64,000 nucleotides of DNA, from the NCBI GenBank assembly GCA_965249135.1, contig OZ252220.1:1184001-1248000 (forward strand), in the 5' to 3' direction. Positions 36,609 through 50,303 of the stretch are shown here, piece after piece; positions within the stretch are counted from its first letter, which is position 1, and each line of letters opens with the position of its first letter. The translations under genes and the position numbers were made by a program. The notes below the pieces were generated by a model. That model saw only the letters and a list, made by a program, of their open reading frames with translations. It had not been told where the DNA came from and did no database searches. The DNA is from Alphaproteobacteria bacterium. GTDB lineage: Bacteria > Pseudomonadota > Alphaproteobacteria > GCA-2746255.

Positions 36609-38666
36609 TCACGTGTCGAGGAAGCTGCGCAGCTTGCGCGAGCGCGAAGGGTGCTTCAGTTTGCGAAGCGCCTTCGCTTCGATCTGGCGAATGCGTTCGC
36701 GGGTGACGGCGAATTGCTGGCCGACCTCCTCAAGCGTGTGATCCGTGTTCATGCCTATGCCGAAGCGCATGCGCAGGACCCGCTCTTCCCGGGGCGTCAG
36801 CGAGGCAAGGACGCGGGTCGTCGTCTCCCGCAAATTCCCCTGGATCGCCGCGTCCAGCGGCTGGACGGCGTTCTTGTCCTCGATGAAGTCGCCCAAGTGG
36901 CTGTCTTCTTCGTCCCCGATCGGGGTCTCGAGGCTGATCGGCTCCTTGGCGATCTTCAGCACCTTGCGCACCTTCTCGAGCGGCATGCTGAGCTTCACGG
37001 CCAGCTCCTCCGGGGTCGGCTCGCGGCCGATCTCGTGCAGCATCTGGCGCGAGGTGCGCACGAGTTTGTTGATCGTCTCGATCATGTGGACCGGGATGCG
37101 GATGGTGCGCGCCTGATCGGCGATCGAGCGGGTGATCGCCTGGCGGATCCACCACGTCGCATAGGTCGAGAACTTGTAGCCCCGGCGGTATTCGAACTTG
37201 TCGACCGCCTTCATGAGCCCGATGTTCCCTTCCTGGATGAGGTCGAGGAATTGCAGGCCGCGATTCGTGTACTTCTTGGCGATCGAGATGACGAGACGTA
37301 AATTTGCTTCGATCATCTCCTTCTTCGCCTGATTGGCCTTCTGCTCGCCGTCCTGGACCGTGCGCACGATGCGCCGAAACTCGCTGATGGGCAGTCCCGC
37401 CTCTTTCGAAACGTCGGTAACCTCGACGCGAATTTCCTTGATCTCGGGTCCGTGCTTCTTCGCGTAATCCTTCCAGCCGCGCGCCTTCAGGCGCGCTGCG
37501 CGCCGCAGCCAGTTCGGGTCCAACTCGCGCCCGAGGTAGCGCTCGAGAAAATCCTCGCGCTTCACCTTGCAGGCCACGGCCAGGCGAAGCATGCGGCCTT
37601 CCAACATCACGAGGCGCCGGTTCAGGATTTTCATGTAGTCAACGAGATCTTCGATCCGCGCGTTGTTGAGGTGGACGTCTTCCATCAGCTCGATGAGGTC
37701 CGTCTTCAGCCGTTCGTAGCGCTTCTCCTGGGCGGGACTGGTTTTCTGCGCGCCCTGCAACGCCGTGAAGCGTTTTTCCTGAAGGCGATGGAACTTCTTA
37801 TAGGTCGAGGCAATCTCGTCGAAGATCTCGAGGGTCTCGGGCATCAACTCTTCTTCCATCACCGCCAGCGAGACGGGGGCTTCTTCGTCTTCGTCGTCGT
37901 CGCTTTTTGCCCTTTCTTCCTTTGCCCTTTCTTCCTTTGTCCTTTCTTCCTTTGTCCTTTCTTCCTTTGTCCTTTCTTCCTTTGTCCTTTCTTCCTTTGC
38001 CCTTTCTTCCTTTGCCCTTTCTTCTTCCTTTTCCTCCTCGAAGCCTGCTTCGAATTTGTTCTTGTCCGCCTCTTCTTCGGCCGCCGCATTCGTGCCGCCA
38101 TAGGTCGCATCCAAATTGATGATGTCGCGGAGAAGGATCGGGCCCTCGATCAAACCCTGCCGCCAATCCACGATCGAGCGAATCGTGGTCGGGCTTTCAC
38201 AGATCCCGCCAATCATCTTGTTGCGCCCCAACTCGATCCTTTTTGCAATCGCAATCTCGCCTTCGCGGGAAAGAAGCTCGACGCTGCCCATCTCGCGGAG
38301 ATACATGCGAACCGGATCGTCCGTCCGCCCAAGCTCGGAATCGTTGTAATTACCGGCGGTGTTGCCTTCTTCCTCCTCTTCTTCCGCTTCCTTCTTCGCG
38401 TCCGCGGCGCCGTCTTCGCCTTCCTCGGTTTCGACGAGGTTGATGCCCATCTCCGACATCATTGCCATGATGTCTTCGATCTGTTCGGAGGAGGCCTGTT
38501 CCGACGGCAGGGCCGCGTTCAGTTCGTCATAGGTGACGTAGCCGCGCTCTTTGCCGCGGGTGAGCAGTTTCTTGACCGCCGCGTTCACGGTATCGATGAG
38601 CGGTGGATCGCCCCTCGTTTCGTCTGATTTTCTGGTTTCCGTTGCCGGTGCCGTTTTCGCAGCCAT
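36609..38666 (-). CDS. rpoD: Primary sigma factor RpoD
   Basis: Region 1.1, [50 protein letters not shown]. Confidence 0.98.
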   Translation of the reverse strand: MAAKTAPATETRKSDETRGDPPLIDTVNAAVKKLLTRGKERGYVTYDELNAALPSEQASSEQIEDIMAMMSEMGINLVETEEGEDGAADAKKEAEEEEEEGNTAGNYNDSELGRTDDPVRMYLREMGSVELLSREGEIAIAKRIELGRNKMIGGICESPTTIRSIVDWRQGLIEGPILLRDIINLDATYGGTNAAAEEEADKNKFEAGFEEEKEEERAKEERAKEERTKEERTKEERTKEERTKEERAKEERAKSDDDEDEEAPVSLAVMEEELMPETLEIFDEIASTYKKFHRLQEKRFTALQGAQKTSPAQEKRYERLKTDLIELMEDVHLNNARIEDLVDYMKILNRRLVMLEGRMLRLAVACKVKREDFLERYLGRELDPNWLRRAARLKARGWKDYAKKHGPEIKEIRVEVTDVSKEAGLPISEFRRIVRTVQDGEQKANQAKKEMIEANLRLVISIAKKYTNRGLQFLDLIQEGNIGLMKAVDKFEYRRGYKFSTYATWWIRQAITRSIADQARTIRIPVHMIETINKLVRTSRQMLHEIGREPTPEELAVKLSMPLEKVRKVLKIAKEPISLETPIGDEEDSHLGDFIEDKNAVQPLDAAIQGNLRETTTRVLASLTPREERVLRMRFGIGMNTDHTLEEVGQQFAVTRERIRQIEAKALRKLKHPSRSRKLRSFLDT
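37906..38024 (-). repeat. 8 x 15-bp in-frame tandem repeat in rpoD: (EERAK)2(EERTK)4(EERAK)2
   Basis: Plus-strand unit TTTGYCCTTTCTTCC counted 8 times. Confidence 0.97.
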
Positions 38667-38705
38667 GAACTCGCTAGCCCCTCTTAAAACGCGAATGCTT
38701 TTTTT

Positions 38706-40517
38706 TCAATCCGTCGCCGTCGATGCCGCCTCGCCGGCGGCGGCGTCTTCCGACGGTGGTTCGGCCGATCGCTTGTGAACCTTCAGCCGCTGCCACGCCT
38801 CTTCTGTCTCGTCCTCCGCCAACGCGCGTTCGGCCGCCTGCAAATCCGCCTCCCGGGCCGAGCGATGCAGACGATGAAGGGTCTCTTGCCAGCCATCCAA
38901 TGCCCGTTCGGCCGGCGCCTCGGGCCGGACGAAGGCCCCAGTGGCGGCGTAAAAATCGGACGTTCGTAACGGCGCGAGTGCTTCCGAAAAGCCACGCGCT
39001 TCGAGGTGGCTACTTAAGGAATCCGAATCAAGGTCGGGCCGGGTGCCGAAGGCCTCGATGATGGCCTGGCGCAGCCGGTCAAGATCTGGAAGCGGAAAGG
39101 TGAGGCTCCCGAAACGCTCGGCGACCTCGTTATACAGATCGGGATGGTTGAGGACAACCGCAACGAGAATTTGCTGGCACTTCTTCAACGGATCGGGCGG
39201 CGGACCCGCCGCCGGGCTAGCGGCCGATTGATGCGCCTTTTTTCCGCGCGTGCGGTCCCAAAGGCGGGATCGAAAGTCGCTGCGGTAATGGGCCTGGACG
39301 CCGCGATCCCGGATGCGGCGGACGATTTCCTCGAGGCGAAGTTCGAGGGCGGCGCGACGCTCCGGTGTGTCGGCGGGCCGCTCGCTGAGGCTTGCCTCCC
39401 AGAGCATGTCGGCCAAGGGCCGCGCCTGCTCGAGGCGTTGCAATACCGCATCCGCACCGCTGGCTTGAAGCAGGCTCGCCGGATCCTCGCCGGCAGGCAG
39501 CGTCGCGAAGCGAAGGGAACGGCCGGCGCTCAACAGCGGCACCGCGCGTTCCGCGGCACGCAGCGCAGCCCTCGCACCGGCGGCATCGCCGTCGAAGCAG
39601 AGCACCGGCTCCGGCGCAAGCCGCCACAGTTCGCCAATCTGGTTCTCGGTCAGCGCCGTGCCAAGCGGCGCCACCGCGTTCCGCATGCCCGCCCGGTGAA
39701 GCGCAAGGACGTCGATGTAGCCTTCCGTGACGATGACCTCGCGGCGACGGCGCGCCATCTCCTTTGCCGCCGCAAAGCCGTAAAGGACGCTGCCTTTGCT
39801 GAAGAGCCGCGTCTCCGGCGAATTGATGTATTTCGCAATCCTGTCCCCCGCCTCGCCGAAGATGCGACCGCCAAAGGCGATAATACGCCCGCGGCGATCC
39901 GCAATCGGAAAGACGATGCGCTGGCGAAAGCGTTCATAGGGCTTGCTCGGGGGATCCACCGCCACCAGCAAGCCTGCCTCCAGCATTTCCTTTTCCGAGA
40001 AGCCCGCGCCCTCAAGGGCGGCCTTCATCAAGCCCCGGCCTTCGGGTGCGAAGCCCACGCGAAAGGCGCGCAGCGTCGCCTCGTCGAGGCCGCGTTGTTT
40101 CAAATAGTTAAGCGGGCCTGCGCCGCGCGGACCGAAGAGTTCGGTAACGCACCACCGGGCCGCCGCCTCGTGGACCTCGATCAGGCGGTCGGTTTCCCTG
40201 GCACGCGAGGCGGCCTCGGGGTCCGGTTTCGGCATCGCCAGACCGGCGAGACCCGCCAGCCGTTCGACGGCTTCCGGAAAGGGAAGGCCGCCTTGCTGCA
40301 TTTCGAAGGCGATGACGTCGCCATGGGCCCCACAGCCGAAGCAATGGTAGAAGCCCTTGTCCTCGTTCACGGTGAAGGAGGGTGTCTTTTCCTTATGGAA
40401 GGGGCAGAGGCCGACATGCTCGCGGCCGCGGCGCTTCAACGCTACGTGACGGCCAATTACATCGGAAAGCGGCACCCGGTCGCGAATCTCGTCAAGAAAC
40501 TGGGCCGAGAAGTTCAT
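38706..40517 (-). CDS. dnaG: DNA primase
   Basis: CPFH..CFGC zinc ribbon, KYINSPET, EGYID, FDGD Toprim. Confidence 0.97.
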   Translation of the reverse strand: MNFSAQFLDEIRDRVPLSDVIGRHVALKRRGREHVGLCPFHKEKTPSFTVNEDKGFYHCFGCGAHGDVIAFEMQQGGLPFPEAVERLAGLAGLAMPKPDPEAASRARETDRLIEVHEAAARWCVTELFGPRGAGPLNYLKQRGLDEATLRAFRVGFAPEGRGLMKAALEGAGFSEKEMLEAGLLVAVDPPSKPYERFRQRIVFPIADRRGRIIAFGGRIFGEAGDRIAKYINSPETRLFSKGSVLYGFAAAKEMARRRREVIVTEGYIDVLALHRAGMRNAVAPLGTALTENQIGELWRLAPEPVLCFDGDAAGARAALRAAERAVPLLSAGRSLRFATLPAGEDPASLLQASGADAVLQRLEQARPLADMLWEASLSERPADTPERRAALELRLEEIVRRIRDRGVQAHYRSDFRSRLWDRTRGKKAHQSAASPAAGPPPDPLKKCQQILVAVVLNHPDLYNEVAERFGSLTFPLPDLDRLRQAIIEAFGTRPDLDSDSLSSHLEARGFSEALAPLRTSDFYAATGAFVRPEAPAERALDGWQETLHRLHRSAREADLQAAERALAEDETEEAWQRLKVHKRSAEPPSEDAAAGEAASTATD

Positions 40518-40571
40518 CTGGCGTCGATCCGTCCCACCTACTTCAAGGGCCTTCCCCAAAGGGCAAGCACC

Positions 40572-41027
40572 TTAACCTAGCATTTCTTTTACGATGCCGT
40601 TCGCTTGCGCGAAATTCATTTGCCCGGCGTAGCGTTCACGAAGGGCCGCCATCACGCGGCCCATGTCCTTCAGGCTGGAAGCCTCCGCCTCCTCGACGAC
40701 CGCCTCGACCGCCTTGCGGAGCTCGTCCCCGTCCATCTGTTTGGGGAGGAAGGTGTTGATGACCTCAACCTCGGCACGCTCGCGGTCCGCCAAGTCCTGA
40801 CGGCCCCCCTGGACGTAAAGCGTGATCGATTCGTCGCGCTGCTTCACCATCTTCTGCAGCAGCTGCAGGATTTCCTTCTCATCGAGGCCTTCGTCGCCAC
40901 GCTCCGGCCGCACGGCAATGTCCCGATCCTTCAATGCGGCAAGGATCAGGCGAATCGTCGAGAGTGCAACTTTGTCCTGCGATTTGAGCGAGGACCTGAG
41001 CGCCTCATTCAACTGGGTGCGCAGCAT
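40572..41027 (-). CDS. GatB/YqeY domain protein
   Basis: KMVKQRDESI..GGRQDLA..E..FLPKQM, KDMGRVM; usual position before dnaG. Confidence 0.92.
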   Translation of the reverse strand: MLRTQLNEALRSSLKSQDKVALSTIRLILAALKDRDIAVRPERGDEGLDEKEILQLLQKMVKQRDESITLYVQGGRQDLADRERAEVEVINTFLPKQMDGDELRKAVEAVVEEAEASSLKDMGRVMAALRERYAGQMNFAQANGIVKEMLG

Positions 41028-41328
41028 GCAGTCGAAAGCCGAAAATGTACGGACATGATTGCGGAAACCTCCGACGTTACAGGAATTGGATCGGCTTGGC
41101 AACCGTCGGAAATTTGATAAGCGATTGATATGAAAATGCTTTTTAGGGCGGTGGCCTCTTGACGACGGCACGGCTTTTGCTTAAGTAACGCCGGGTCCCC
41201 TGAAAAACCCGCCCGATCCAAGGCGCCGGCACGTCCGAAACTGCGCTCCTTTGAGCCGGATCGGCTGCGCCTCTCCGAACGGGCCCTTGAGACGGACGAC
41301 GCATGGCTTACGGAACGATCCGGTAACG

Positions 41329-42508
41329 ATGACGCTTGCCCAGCCGAAGCGGAGCTTGCGTGCAGACGGGAGTCCACCTCCCGGGGCGAGCGCCGTATTG
41401 GTGCTGGAGGACGGCCACGTGCTGTGGGGAAGCGGCATGGGGGCCACCGGCTGGGCGGTCGGCGAGGTCTGTTTCAACACGGCGATCACCGGCTATCAGG
41501 AAATCCTCACGGATCCCTCCTATGCCGGCCAGATCATCACCTTCACCTTTCCCCATATCGGCAATGTCGGCACGAATGCGCAAGACCGGGAGCGCGCGCA
41601 CCCCTTTGCGCGCGGCTTCGTGCTGCGCGGGGAGATCCCGGAGCCCTCGAGCTTCCGGAGCGAGGCCCATCTGGATAGCTGGGCGAAGGCGGAAGGCCTG
41701 ATCGGGATTGCAAACGTGGATACCCGCCGCCTCACCCGCCGCATCCGGGACGTGGGCGCGCCCAGGGCTGCGATCGGCTTTCCGGCGGACGGCCGGTTCG
41801 ACCTTGAGGCCCTTGGCGAGGCGGCCCGGGCGTGGCCGGGCCTGGAGGGCATGGACCTGGCGCGCGAAGTGACGGCGGGTGAGCCTTACGACTGGGACGA
41901 GACCTGCTGGCGGTTAGGCCGCGGCCATGGCCGGCAGCAGGCGCCCAGCCACCATATCGTCGCCATCGATTACGGGGCGAAGTGGAACATCCTGCGCTCG
42001 CTCGCCAATGCAGGTGCCCGCATCACCGTGCTGCCGGCAACAGTGGATGCGACTGAGATCCTAAGCCACAAGCCGGACGGCATCTTCCTTTCGAACGGAC
42101 CCGGCGATCCGGCGGCGACCGGGGCGTACGCCGTGCCGGTGTTGCAGGACCTGATCGCCTCGGGCGTGCCGATCTTCGGCATCTGCCTTGGCCATCAGTT
42201 GCTGGCGCTCAGCCTGGGTGCTGCGACGGAGAAGATGTTCCTCGGCCACCGGGGTGCGAACCATCCGGTGAAGGATCTGGAAACCGGGCGGATCGAGATC
42301 ACCAGCCAGAACCACGGCTTCGTCGTGGTGAAGGAAAGCCTGCCGAAGGGGGTCGCGATGTCCCACGCCTCGCTCTTCGACGCCTCGCTCGAGGGGCTTA
42401 ACGTCAAGGGCAAGCCGATCTTCTCGGTCCAGTACCACCCGGAGGCCTCGCCCGGCCCCCACGACAGCCACCATCTGTTCGAGCGGTTCCTGGAACGGAT
42501 CAAACGCC

Positions 42509-42516
<8 letters not shown>
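41329..42516 (+). CDS. carA: Carbamoyl-phosphate synthase small subunit (start approximate)
   Basis: [31 protein letters not shown]. Confidence 0.97.
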
Positions 42517-45766
<3,250 letters not shown>

Positions 45767-45849
45767 GGCCTGCCGGAGAACCCGGAAAGTTCAAAGCCCC
45801 TTGCCAATGGCAGTTTCCATGAGCGGGGGGCAGGAGCCGCTTTTTCGCA

Positions 45850-46323
45850 ATGGACAAGATTCCCATGACTGGATCGGGGCTGGAGCGCCTTCAGGGGGAA
45901 CTGAAGCAGCTCAAGTCCGTCGATCGACCGGAGGTGATCCAGCAGATCGCCGAGGCGCGCGACCATGGCGATCTTTCCGAAAACGCCGAATACCACGCGG
46001 CCCGCGAACGGCAAGCCTTCGTCGAAGGCCGCATCGCCGAGATCGAGGAGATCACCAGCCGGGCCGAGGTCATCGACGTCAGCAAGCTTTCCGGGAAGTC
46101 GATCAAGTTCGGCGCGACGGTGAAACTTGTCGATGAGGACACCGACGAGAAGGTGACCTACCAGATCGTCGGCGCCGACGAATCGGACATCAAGGATGGG
46201 TTGCTCTCCGTCTCTTCGCCTTTAGCCCGCGCGTTGATCGGCAAAGAGAAGGGCAATTTCGTCGAGGTTACGACGCCCGCCGGTTCGAAATCCTACGAAA
46301 TTCTTTCGGTGAAATTCCGCTAA
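45850..46323 (+). CDS. greA: Transcription elongation factor GreA
   Basis: [24 protein letters not shown]. Confidence 0.97.
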   Translation: MDKIPMTGSGLERLQGELKQLKSVDRPEVIQQIAEARDHGDLSENAEYHAARERQAFVEGRIAEIEEITSRAEVIDVSKLSGKSIKFGATVKLVDEDTDEKVTYQIVGADESDIKDGLLSVSSPLARALIGKEKGNFVEVTTPAGSKSYEILSVKFR

Positions 46324-46353
46324 GGTCCAGCGGCGAAAAAGCGTTGCGTGGCT

Positions 46354-46899
46354 TTATGCGCTTTTTTTCTTGGCGGCGAGGCTTGCGTGCGCGGGCGGGG
46401 CGCTTCCCCGTTTCGGCGGCCCCGCATCCACGTCGATCGGAACGCCCGGCAGGCATTTCGAGGAGCGGATGGCGAGCGCCGATTTCACGTGGCTGACATT
46501 CGGCGCCGGCGTGAGCTGGGTGGTGAGAAAGCGCTGATAGCTGTCCCAGTCCTCGGCGAAGATCTTGAGCAGGAAATCCGTCTCGCCGGCCAGCATGTGG
46601 CACTCGCTGACTTCCGACCAGCCACCGACCAGGGCCTCGAAGGCTTCGAGATCCGATTCGGCCTGGCTCGACAACCCCACCTGGGCAAAGACGATGACGC
46701 CGAAGCCAAGCGCGTCGGCATCGACATCGGCGTGGTAGCCGCGGATGTAGCCCGCCTTCTCCAGCGCCCGGACCCGGCGAAGGCAAGGCGGCGGTGAAAT
46801 GCCGACGCGTTTGGCGAGATCGACGTTCGTCATGCGGCCCTTCGCTTGCAGATCGCGAAGAATCTGGCGGTCGATCCGGTCAAGTTTCACTCGCGCCAC
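46354..46899 (-). CDS. Lrp/AsnC family regulator
   Basis: LDRIDRQIL..LAKRVGISPPPCLRRVRALE HTH plus RAM domain. Confidence 0.94.
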   Translation of the reverse strand: MARVKLDRIDRQILRDLQAKGRMTNVDLAKRVGISPPPCLRRVRALEKAGYIRGYHADVDADALGFGVIVFAQVGLSSQAESDLEAFEALVGGWSEVSECHMLAGETDFLLKIFAEDWDSYQRFLTTQLTPAPNVSHVKSALAIRSSKCLPGVPIDVDAGPPKRGSAPPAHASLAAKKKSA

Positions 46900-47064
46900 G
46901 GTTCGAAGGCTCCCTATTTTCGGAAAAAATTGAAATTATATTACTCGATCTTACCCGATGATTGCGGGAAGGCAAGCGGGCAATTAGGCTTTGCGTTTCC
47001 AAAAGCAAGGTGGCTTCGCCCCTACCTATCCGCGAGCCTGCCGCTGTATGCTGCGGGCAGGGCG

Positions 47065-48018
47065 ATGACCAAAAAAAGCTGCTGGATCCTCACGGAAGGC
47101 ATGGCGGGCACCGAGAATCAGTGTCTCGGCTTGGCCGAGGCCTTGGGGCTTGAGCCGGAAGTAAAACGCATCGCGCTTCGAGCTCCCTGGCGCTGGCTTC
47201 CCGTCGCATCCCTCCCCTGGCCACTCGCCGCCCAAGGCAAGGGCGCCGACCCGTTGCGGCCGCCCTGGCCGGACCTGTTGATCAGCGCCGGCAGGAAAAG
47301 CGTCGCACCCGCGCTTGCCATCAAGGCAAAAGCTAAGGGCCGGACCTTCGCCGTCCATCTCCTCAACCCCTACGGACGGAGGCTACGCTTCGACCTCGTC
47401 GCCGTGCCGCGCCACGACCGCATACACGGCAAAAACGTCGTGGTGACGGAAGGCGCGCTCAACCGGATAACGCCCGAGCAGCTTCGATCCGCGTTTGAGA
47501 GCCATGGCGAGCGCCTGGGGAGGATGCAAAAACCCCTGCTTGCCGTTCTTCTGGGAGGGGCGAGCAAACGCTTCCGATTCACGGAGCGGGCGGCCGAGGA
47601 ACTCGGCGTCCTGCTGCGCGCCGTCGCCGCCGAGACCGGCGGGTCGCTCCTGATTACGCCGTCGCGGCGAACGGAAGCGTGGATCATGGTTAAGTTGCGC
47701 GCCGAGCTCGAAGGGCTACCTGCGGAAATCTGGGACGGCACGGGCGACAATCCCTATTTCGCTTATCTCGCGGCGGCAGACGGGATCGTGGTGACGAACG
47801 ATTCCGTCTCGATGGCCTCGGAGGCGGCCACCACCGGCAAGCCGGTCTTTGTCTTTGCCCTCGAAGGGAGGACACGGAAGTTCCGGGATTTCCACGAAAA
47901 TTTGCGGGCCAAAGGCATCACCCGGCCCTTCGATGGCACGTTTGCAAGCTGGGTCTATGAACCGCTCGACGACACGGCGCGAGTGGCGGCAGCGGTGCGC
48001 GCCCGGTGGTCCTCTTAA
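47065..48018 (+). CDS. ELM1/DUF1022 family protein
   Basis: GTENQCLGLAEALG, WPDLLISAGR, PRHD, TPSRRT, DNPY, DSVSMASEA. Confidence 0.85.
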   Translation: MTKKSCWILTEGMAGTENQCLGLAEALGLEPEVKRIALRAPWRWLPVASLPWPLAAQGKGADPLRPPWPDLLISAGRKSVAPALAIKAKAKGRTFAVHLLNPYGRRLRFDLVAVPRHDRIHGKNVVVTEGALNRITPEQLRSAFESHGERLGRMQKPLLAVLLGGASKRFRFTERAAEELGVLLRAVAAETGGSLLITPSRRTEAWIMVKLRAELEGLPAEIWDGTGDNPYFAYLAAADGIVVTNDSVSMASEAATTGKPVFVFALEGRTRKFRDFHENLRAKGITRPFDGTFASWVYEPLDDTARVAAAVRARWSS

Positions 48019-48095
48019 AGCCGGTTTAAAGGCCGGCCCTTCCTTGTCAGGGTTGGTTGAGAAACTTATGTTAGGTGCCGGAGGCAAGGAGGGGC

Positions 48096-49082
48096 ATGGA
48101 AAGTTTTTCGACGAAGACCCTGATCATCGGCTCCGGTGCCGCCGGTTACACGGCGGCGATCTACGCGACCCGGGCCGGGCTCGAGCCGGTCCTCGTCCAA
48201 GGCATCCAGCCGGGCGGCCAGCTGACCATCACGACGGACGTCGAGAACTATCCGGGCTTTGCCGACGTCGTCCAGGGCCCCTGGCTGATGGAGCAGATGG
48301 AAGCCCAGGCCAAGCATGTCGGCACGAAGATCCTCTCGGACACCATCGTCGAGGTGGACCTTGCAAAACGCCCCTTTGCCTGCACGGGCGATTCCGGCAA
48401 CGCCTATGTGGGTGAGACGCTGATCATCGCGACCGGGGCTCAGGCCCGCTGGCTCGGCCTTGAAAGCGAGAAGAAGTTTCAAGGCTTCGGCGTCTCGGCT
48501 TGCGCGACCTGTGACGGTTTCTTCTTCCGGGACAAGGTGGTCTGCGTCGTCGGCGGCGGCAACACGGCGGTCGAGGAGGCGATGTACCTCACGAACCAGG
48601 CCGGCCAGGTCTTTCTCATTCATCGCCGCGATAAGCTTCGGGCCGACAAGATCCTCCAGGAGCGTCTTTTCCGGAATGCGAAGATCAAGCCCATCTGGAG
48701 TCACGTCGTCGAGGAAATCATCGGCACGGACGGGCCGCCGCCAGGCGTGACGGGCGTGCGCATGCGCGACGTGAAATCGGACGAAAGCCAAGCGCTATCC
48801 GTGGATGGCGTGTTCATCGCCATCGGCCATACGCCGACGACGGGGCTTTTCGAAGGCCAGATCGCGATGGACGGGGAAGGCTACGTTCTTACCGCAGCCG
48901 GCAGCACCCAGACCAGCGTTCCAGGCGTGTTCGCCGCCGGCGACGTGCAGGACAAGATCTACCGCCAGGCGGTCACCGCGGCGGGAACCGGTTGCATGGC
49001 GGCACTGGAGGCGGAAAAGTTTCTTGCCGAAGAGAAAGCGGAAACCGCCGCCGCCAAGACGGTCACCCAGGCGACGGCGTAA
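48096..49082 (+). CDS. trxB: Thioredoxin reductase
   Basis: GSGAAG, CATCDG, GGGNTA, FAAGDV. Confidence 0.97.
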   Translation: MESFSTKTLIIGSGAAGYTAAIYATRAGLEPVLVQGIQPGGQLTITTDVENYPGFADVVQGPWLMEQMEAQAKHVGTKILSDTIVEVDLAKRPFACTGDSGNAYVGETLIIATGAQARWLGLESEKKFQGFGVSACATCDGFFFRDKVVCVVGGGNTAVEEAMYLTNQAGQVFLIHRRDKLRADKILQERLFRNAKIKPIWSHVVEEIIGTDGPPPGVTGVRMRDVKSDESQALSVDGVFIAIGHTPTTGLFEGQIAMDGEGYVLTAAGSTQTSVPGVFAAGDVQDKIYRQAVTAAGTGCMAALEAEKFLAEEKAETAAAKTVTQATA

Positions 49083-49103
49083 AGGCGAAACACCGTTTTT
49101 GGT

Positions 49104-50267
49104 CTAGTCGCCTTTCGGCTTGGCTATGCGGTTTTGCAACGCAAGCGTCTTTGCGCGGCGCTCCAGCCACCAGCCATAGGGTTTCGGCCACAGCGCAAAA
49201 TCGGGATCGACACCCAGCTCAGCTGCGGCGTGCAACGGCCAGTTCGGATCGAAGAGAAGCTCGCGGGCAAGGGCAACGAAATCCGCCTGGCCTTCGCTTA
49301 CGATCGCCTCGGCCTGGCGCGCTTCGCAGATGAGGCCGACGGCGACGGTGGCGATCCCACTTTCCTTTCGCACGCGTTCCGCGAAGGGTACTTGGTAACC
49401 CGGGCCTTGGGGGATGGTCATGAGCGAGACCGGCCCGGTCATGCCGCCCGACGAGCAGACGAGCGCATCGACGCCACGCGTCTTCAATGCGCGGGCGAGT
49501 TCGACCGTATCGTCGAGCGTCCAGCCGCCCTCGGCCCAGTCCGTCGCCGAACAGCGGAAGAAAAGCGGCCGGTCGTCCGGCCACGCCTCGCGAACGCCTT
49601 CCGTGACCTCCAACGCAAACCGCATCCGATTGGCAAGGCCGCCCCCATACGCATCCTCCCGCCGGTTCGAAAGCGGCGAGAGGAACTGGTGGATGAGGAA
49701 ACCGTGGCCGCCGTATATCTCGGCAATATCGAAGCCGGCCTCGGCCGCGCGGTGGGTTGCGGCACGAAAGGCGTCCTTGACGCGCGCGATCCCTTCTTGA
49801 TCGAGGGCTTCGGGCACGACCCAGCCTTCACTGACCGGGATCGCGGAAGGGGCAACGAGCGGCCACGGCCCTTCGCTGCGCGCGGCGTCCGCTTCGCCGA
49901 GTGGGCCTTTGCCCTCCCAGACGCGTTGCTCAGCCCCCTTGCGACCGCAATGGTTGAGTTGGATGCCGGCGAGCGCGCCGTGCGACTGCACGAAATTCGC
50001 GATTCGTTTAAGCGGCGGGACGTGGTCGTCCGTCCAGATGCCAAGATCGCCGTGGGTGCGCCTGACGCGCGCATCAACGGCGGCGGCTTCCGTGAAAACG
50101 ATTCCGGCGCCGCCCAGCGCGAACTTTCCCAGATGAACGAAATGCCAGTCGTTCGCCAAGCCTTCCTTGGCGGAGTACTGGCTCATCGGAGAAACGACGA
50201 CGCGGTTTCGCGCCGTCCTGCCCCGTAGGCGGCAAGGCTCGAAAAGGGCGCACACGGGTTCGTTCAT
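49104..50267 (-). CDS. NADH:flavin oxidoreductase (Old Yellow Enzyme, NamA/YqjM-like)
   Basis: NRVVVSPMSQYS, HGFLIHQFLSPLSNRREDAYGG. Confidence 0.9.
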   Translation of the reverse strand: MNEPVCALFEPCRLRGRTARNRVVVSPMSQYSAKEGLANDWHFVHLGKFALGGAGIVFTEAAAVDARVRRTHGDLGIWTDDHVPPLKRIANFVQSHGALAGIQLNHCGRKGAEQRVWEGKGPLGEADAARSEGPWPLVAPSAIPVSEGWVVPEALDQEGIARVKDAFRAATHRAAEAGFDIAEIYGGHGFLIHQFLSPLSNRREDAYGGGLANRMRFALEVTEGVREAWPDDRPLFFRCSATDWAEGGWTLDDTVELARALKTRGVDALVCSSGGMTGPVSLMTIPQGPGYQVPFAERVRKESGIATVAVGLICEARQAEAIVSEGQADFVALARELLFDPNWPLHAAAELGVDPDFALWPKPYGWWLERRAKTLALQNRIAKPKGD

Positions 50268-50303
50268 CCGTTTTAAAGTGCGATCTAACCGGGGGACCCC
50301 GGT

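Noticed and set aside
37906-38024. Repeat array as CRISPR
   Set aside because: Head-to-tail 15-mers with no spacers, in frame in rpoD; no cas genes
39470-39492. DnaG DPD motif reads DPA
   Set aside because: Single substitution at a position that varies among primases; other catalytic motifs are intact
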